DNA of 10,056 nt from a virus, in the UHGV virus genome UHGV-1666018; one strand, written 5' to 3'. The translations under genes and the position numbers were made by a program. Within the stretch, counting starts at the first letter, position 1; every line of letters starts with the position of its first letter. The notes under the pieces are model-generated. The model saw nothing but the letters and a program-made list of their open reading frames with translations. It had not been told where the DNA came from and ran no database searches. Shown piece after piece: positions 6,570 to 10,056 of the stretch.

Positions 6570-8071
6570 TGATTAACTTTGATTATATCGGCGATAACAA
6601 TCGCATTCCGCTGGTACAGATTGAAATCAATAATTCAATGGCCGTGACCGGCACTCCACCACAGCGTCAGGCGGTACTGTTGTTTGGTCAGGCTGCAATG
6701 AAAGACACTACCATTCAGGGGCGCGGTCAGCTTGATGTACCAGTACGTATTACCCGAGCTTCACAAGCAAGAGAACTCTGGGGGCGAGGTTCCATGATTG
6801 CACTGATGGTAGAGGAATTTATCGCCATTAACCCTGACACAGAGTTATATGCCATTGCACAGGGGGCTGGAACAGGTCAGTCCAGGGCATGCGTGATGAA
6901 TATCATTGGAACAGCATTGGCAGACGGGGTGTTAAGTGTTTACATCGGCGGTCGCCGTTACCTCCTGCCCGTCAGTAAGGGGAAAAAAGGTAAAGAGCTT
7001 GTGGAAGAGCTGGCTAAGGTCATTAACGCTGACACTGATGCGCCATTCACTGCTATCGCAGCTGAAGTCAGTGGTGATAATGCTGAAGGACTTAAAGGCA
7101 GCATGGGGGTTAACGCCCGCTTTATCGGTGAATGCTCAGCTCATGATTTACGGGTGAACTATTATGACGGTGAAACTACACCGGCCGGTCTTACGCTGGA
7201 GCTCGTCGCGCCAACACAGAAGGCAACAAACCCCGATATCACCCGTAGCGTCTCAGGGATGGGGAATCGTCAGTACAACTACATCGTCATGCCCTATAAG
7301 GATGCGGCAAATCTCAAAATTCTGGCGGATGAACTGCTGAAACGCTGGGGACCGGTAAAAATGTCGGACGGTATGGTCTGGATGGCGCATACCGGCACCT
7401 TCGGTACGGCAACCAGTTTTGGTGAATCCCGTAATGACTTCCTGTTTACCTGCACTTCTATTCCTAAAGCACCAGAGCCGGATTATGTCTGGGCTGCCTC
7501 CATTTGTGCGGTCTGTGCGCCCTCCCTGTCAACGGATCCGGCCCGACCATTACAGACACTGGCGCTGCCTGCCCGTATGGCACCTGAAGCACCGGATCGT
7601 CTGACGCGGGAAGAGCGAAACAGCCTGCTTTATACCGGCATGTCCACGGTGACCGTCGCGGCCGCGGATGTGGTGCAGATTGAACGTCAGGTGACGATGT
7701 ACCGTCAGAATGCATACGGCGAAATCGATCCCAGCTATCTGGATGTGGAAACCATCTACACCCTGTCATATCTGCGTTATTCCCTGCGCACCTTTATCAC
7801 GCAGCGTTTTCCGCGCCATAAACTGGCTGATGACGGGACGCCCGTTCGTGCCGGTCAGAATATCGTGACACCGGAGATCATGAAACTTCAGTTAATTTCG
7901 CTGGGGGAAGAATGGGTGGATCTGGGACTGGTCGAAAATCTGGACACCTTTAAAAAGAATCTGCTCGTGGAGCGCAACACAAAAGACCGTAACCGTCTGG
8001 ATGTGATGTGTACACCGGATCTGGTTAACCAGTTCCGCTTCATGGCCGCGCAGATCCGTTTCATTTTGTGA
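6569..8071 (+). CDS. L: Contractile tail sheath protein, Mu L (gp39) family
   Basis: 500 aa ORF directly upstream of a roughly 120 aa tube-like gene, the standard myovirus arrangement. AAGGGG Shine-Dalgarno sequence 8 nt upstream. Confidence 0.85.
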   Translation: MINFDYIGDNNRIPLVQIEINNSMAVTGTPPQRQAVLLFGQAAMKDTTIQGRGQLDVPVRITRASQARELWGRGSMIALMVEEFIAINPDTELYAIAQGAGTGQSRACVMNIIGTALADGVLSVYIGGRRYLLPVSKGKKGKELVEELAKVINADTDAPFTAIAAEVSGDNAEGLKGSMGVNARFIGECSAHDLRVNYYDGETTPAGLTLELVAPTQKATNPDITRSVSGMGNRQYNYIVMPYKDAANLKILADELLKRWGPVKMSDGMVWMAHTGTFGTATSFGESRNDFLFTCTSIPKAPEPDYVWAASICAVCAPSLSTDPARPLQTLALPARMAPEAPDRLTREERNSLLYTGMSTVTVAAADVVQIERQVTMYRQNAYGEIDPSYLDVETIYTLSYLRYSLRTFITQRFPRHKLADDGTPVRAGQNIVTPEIMKLQLISLGEEWVDLGLVENLDTFKKNLLVERNTKDRNRLDVMCTPDLVNQFRFMAAQIRFIL

Positions 8072-8079
8072 GGTAAGGC

Positions 8080-8445
8080 ATGAGCGGAAAACAGTATCAG
8101 GGCACGGCCACCATCCGTGTGAACGGGCAGGAGTACGACACCCTTGAGGGGGCCACGTTCTCCCCGTCCGGCTTTGAGCGTGAAGTGGTGAAAGGCGCGA
8201 AAGTTTACGGCTATCGCGAGAAACCCCGTGAGGCGACGCTGGACTGTAAATTCCCGGCGGGCGGAGAAGGTTCACCGGCTGCCGATGAAATCAACACCTG
8301 GACTGCGGTCACGATTGAGTTCGTGGCCGATACCGGTGAAGTCCACATGATGACGAAGGCCTGGAGCAGTGAACCGGCCTCGCTTGACGGTGGTGGTGAT
8401 ATCTCCGCGAAGTTCGCCAGCGCCACCAGTACCCGTGTCCAGTAA
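8080..8445 (+). CDS. M: Tail tube protein, Mu M (gp40) family
   Basis: 121 aa ORF immediately after the sheath gene, with an AAGG ribosome-binding site. Confidence 0.8.
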   Translation: MSGKQYQGTATIRVNGQEYDTLEGATFSPSGFEREVVKGAKVYGYREKPREATLDCKFPAGGEGSPAADEINTWTAVTIEFVADTGEVHMMTKAWSSEPASLDGGGDISAKFASATSTRVQ

Positions 8446-8459
8446 TCAGGAAAAATGTA

Positions 8460-8936
8460 ATGAGCACACGTAAGAAAAAAACGGCGGTTTCTGACGAGGC
8501 CGTGATGGAGGCTATCCGGGATGCACTTGAAGACGGCGATCCCCGCACCGCCGGGCTGGCTGAACAACTGGCGAACGGCTATGTGGATCTGCTCGACGGT
8601 CTGCCGTTCGGGGAATCCCGTGAATACCGCGTCACCTTCCGCGAACTGACGGCAAAAGACAGCATTGATGCGGAGAGCGAGGCCGAGCGTCTTATGGAAA
8701 CCCGAAACGGTCCGGTTCTTGTGGCCTCACCGGCACTGCGCGGCATTGCGCTGCTGCGCCGTCAGATTGCCGCTGTCGGCCAGATTGAGGGGCCATTGTC
8801 TCCGCGTCAGATAGGACAGCTCAGCGAGCGCGATCTCTCCCGACTGATGGCGGCAGTAAGCCTGCTTGATTCCGCGATGGCCGGAAAGCTGGTCGCTGAA
8901 CGGGGGCGACCAGATGCAGTGCCGGGATCAGATTGA
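8460..8936 (+). CDS. Tail assembly chaperone (position of Mu gp41/Y)
   Basis: 158 aa acidic protein between the tube and tape measure genes, the conserved chaperone position. AGGA ribosome-binding site upstream. Confidence 0.65.
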   Translation: MSTRKKKTAVSDEAVMEAIRDALEDGDPRTAGLAEQLANGYVDLLDGLPFGESREYRVTFRELTAKDSIDAESEAERLMETRNGPVLVASPALRGIALLRRQIAAVGQIEGPLSPRQIGQLSERDLSRLMAAVSLLDSAMAGKLVAERGRPDAVPGSD

Positions 8937-9060
8937 AGAAGCCGCAATTGTGCTGGGGATGGTGACAAAAAGCGGCCCGGAGTGGGCGCTTAACCTCCCC
9001 TTATCGCAGCTTTACCGGCACTGCCGACAGACCGAAAAAATTCTCAGAACGAAGCAGTAA
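8866..9060 (+). CDS. Overlapping +1-frame ORF: candidate frameshift extension of the tail chaperone, or a small independent gene
   Basis: The +1 frame is open from 8860 to TAA 9058-9060, overlapping the last 77 nt of the chaperone ORF and ending 3 nt before the tape measure start. A G-run CGGGGGC (8901-8907) sits in the overlap. An internal ATG at 8914 preceded by GGGGG could instead start a 49 aa protein. Confidence 0.4.
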   Translation: MIPRWPESWSLNGGDQMQCRDQIEEAAIVLGMVTKSGPEWALNLPLSQLYRHCRQTEKILRTKQ

Positions 9061-9063
9061 CCC

Positions 9064-10056
9064 ATGGCAAAAAACCTGAAAGCCTCCCTGATTGTCGATT
9101 TACTCGGCAATATTTCTGCCAAATCCCGCCAGTGGTCACAGGAGCTGGGGGCATTCTCCCGTTCCGGCAGGACGGGGCTGGGTGGTCTTGGAAATGCAGC
9201 ACGTCGTGCCGGTCAGGAGACAGAACTTGTCGGCTCCCGTATGCAGCGAACGCTTGCCGGTGTTCGTGGCAGTATCCGCACGGTGACGTCAGATTTTGAC
9301 CGCCTTCAGGGCAGCATTACCGGCACCATCGGGCGGATAAGCAACCTTTACGGGATGCTGGCGGGAGGGGCTGCGGTCTACGGGTTTAATAAAGCCTTTA
9401 TCCGCCCGGCCGCAGAGATGGAGAACTATATTCTGCGTCTCAACGCCATTAATCATGGCGATACGGCAAAAACGGAAGCAGTGAAAGCCTGGGCGGTACA
9501 GAACGCCAAAGACACCACCTGGGGGCTGGCGGGGGTTATGCAGGAATACGCCTCCAGTCGCGGGTTCGGTATGAGTGACAGGGAAGCCCGTCGCTTTATT
9601 ACCATGCTTCAGGATCAGGGCGGCTATCACGGCTGGTCACTGTCAGATGCACAGGGTGCGTCCCTGCAACTCAAACAGATGTTTGCCCGCCAGAGTATCC
9701 AGGCAGCGGACGCCAATATTCTGACCGGATACGGGATTAACGTTTACCAGTTGCTGGCCGATAAGCTGGGTGTAAACCAGAAGATCATCCGTGAGAAAGG
9801 CGAGAAAGGAAAACTGGGACCGGACAGCATTCGCCTGTTATTTCAGGTGATGGCCGAACAGGCAAAAGGTGCCCAGAAAAACGCCATGAATTCCTGGACG
9901 GGAATGACGTCCATGATGGGCGATGTCTGGGACGGATTTGCCCGCGAGGTGATGGCAAAGGGACCGTTTGACAGCCTGAAAAAGAGCCTGAAAGGCTTTC
10001 TGGATTATGCTGATGCGGCACAGAAAAGCGGCTTACAGGATAAGCTGGCCACACAG
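9064..10056 (+). CDS. Tail tape measure protein, N-terminal part (3-prime truncated by window end)
   Basis: ATG at 9064 opens a frame with no stop to the window end (331 codons), so it is absent from the ORF track. The translation MAKNLKASLIVDLLGNISAK... is Ala/Gly/Gln-rich and sits after the chaperone pair, the tape measure position. Confidence 0.8.
   Translation, partial: MAKNLKASLIVDLLGNISAKSRQWSQELGAFSRSGRTGLGGLGNAARRAGQETELVGSRMQRTLAGVRGSIRTVTSDFDRLQGSITGTIGRISNLYGMLAGGAAVYGFNKAFIRPAAEMENYILRLNAINHGDTAKTEAVKAWAVQNAKDTTWGLAGVMQEYASSRGFGMSDREARRFITMLQDQGGYHGWSLSDAQGASLQLKQMFARQSIQAADANILTGYGINVYQLLADKLGVNQKIIREKGEKGKLGPDSIRLLFQVMAEQAKGAQKNAMNSWTGMTSMMGDVWDGFAREVMAKGPFDSLKKSLKGFLDYADAAQKSGLQDKLATQ

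Noticed and set aside
8882-8888. Lambda-like -1 slippery heptamer CGGAAAG (compare lambda GGGAAAG) in the chaperone gene
   Set aside because: The first base is C, so the P-site tRNA cannot re-pair, and the -1 frame hits TGA at 8897-8899 after four codons, so no extension would result.
7419-9630. Short ORFs within the sheath, tube, chaperone and tape measure genes (6936..7157, 7419..7604, 7464..7769, 7892..8275, 8211..8567, 8309..8548, 9092..9286, 9289..9630)
   Set aside because: They are embedded in or antisense to the long well-supported ORFs; 9092..9286 is an out-of-frame read of the tape measure gene.
1-10056. CRISPR arrays, insertion sequences, integrase or defence-system genes
   Set aside because: No regularly spaced repeats, terminal inverted repeats or non-structural ORFs were seen. 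Every sizeable ORF is accounted for by the morphogenesis module.

Overview
Positions 6-39 are an Illumina Nextera adapter, so genomic sequence starts at 40. The rest is one co-directional (+ strand) block of phage morphogenesis genes whose order and protein families match the late region of phage Mu: portal fragment, F, G, I protease/scaffold, T major head, three to four small head-completion proteins, L sheath, M tube, a Y-like tail chaperone with an overlapping +1-frame ORF, and the start of the tape measure gene (runs off the window). Genes are tightly packed with ATGA/TAATG overlaps. Product calls rest on reading the translations (e.g. the MuF-type PP..NCRC motif) and on synteny; no database search was run. 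I do not see a convincing undescribed system here: there are no cargo, defence or anti-defence ORFs, no CRISPR array and no minus-strand genes. The items worth a second look are small: a tRNA-like element between F and G, a repeat-bearing 175-bp region upstream of I, a GC hairpin after the major head gene, a candidate +1 frameshift in the tail chaperone, and the uncharacterised C-terminal half of F.
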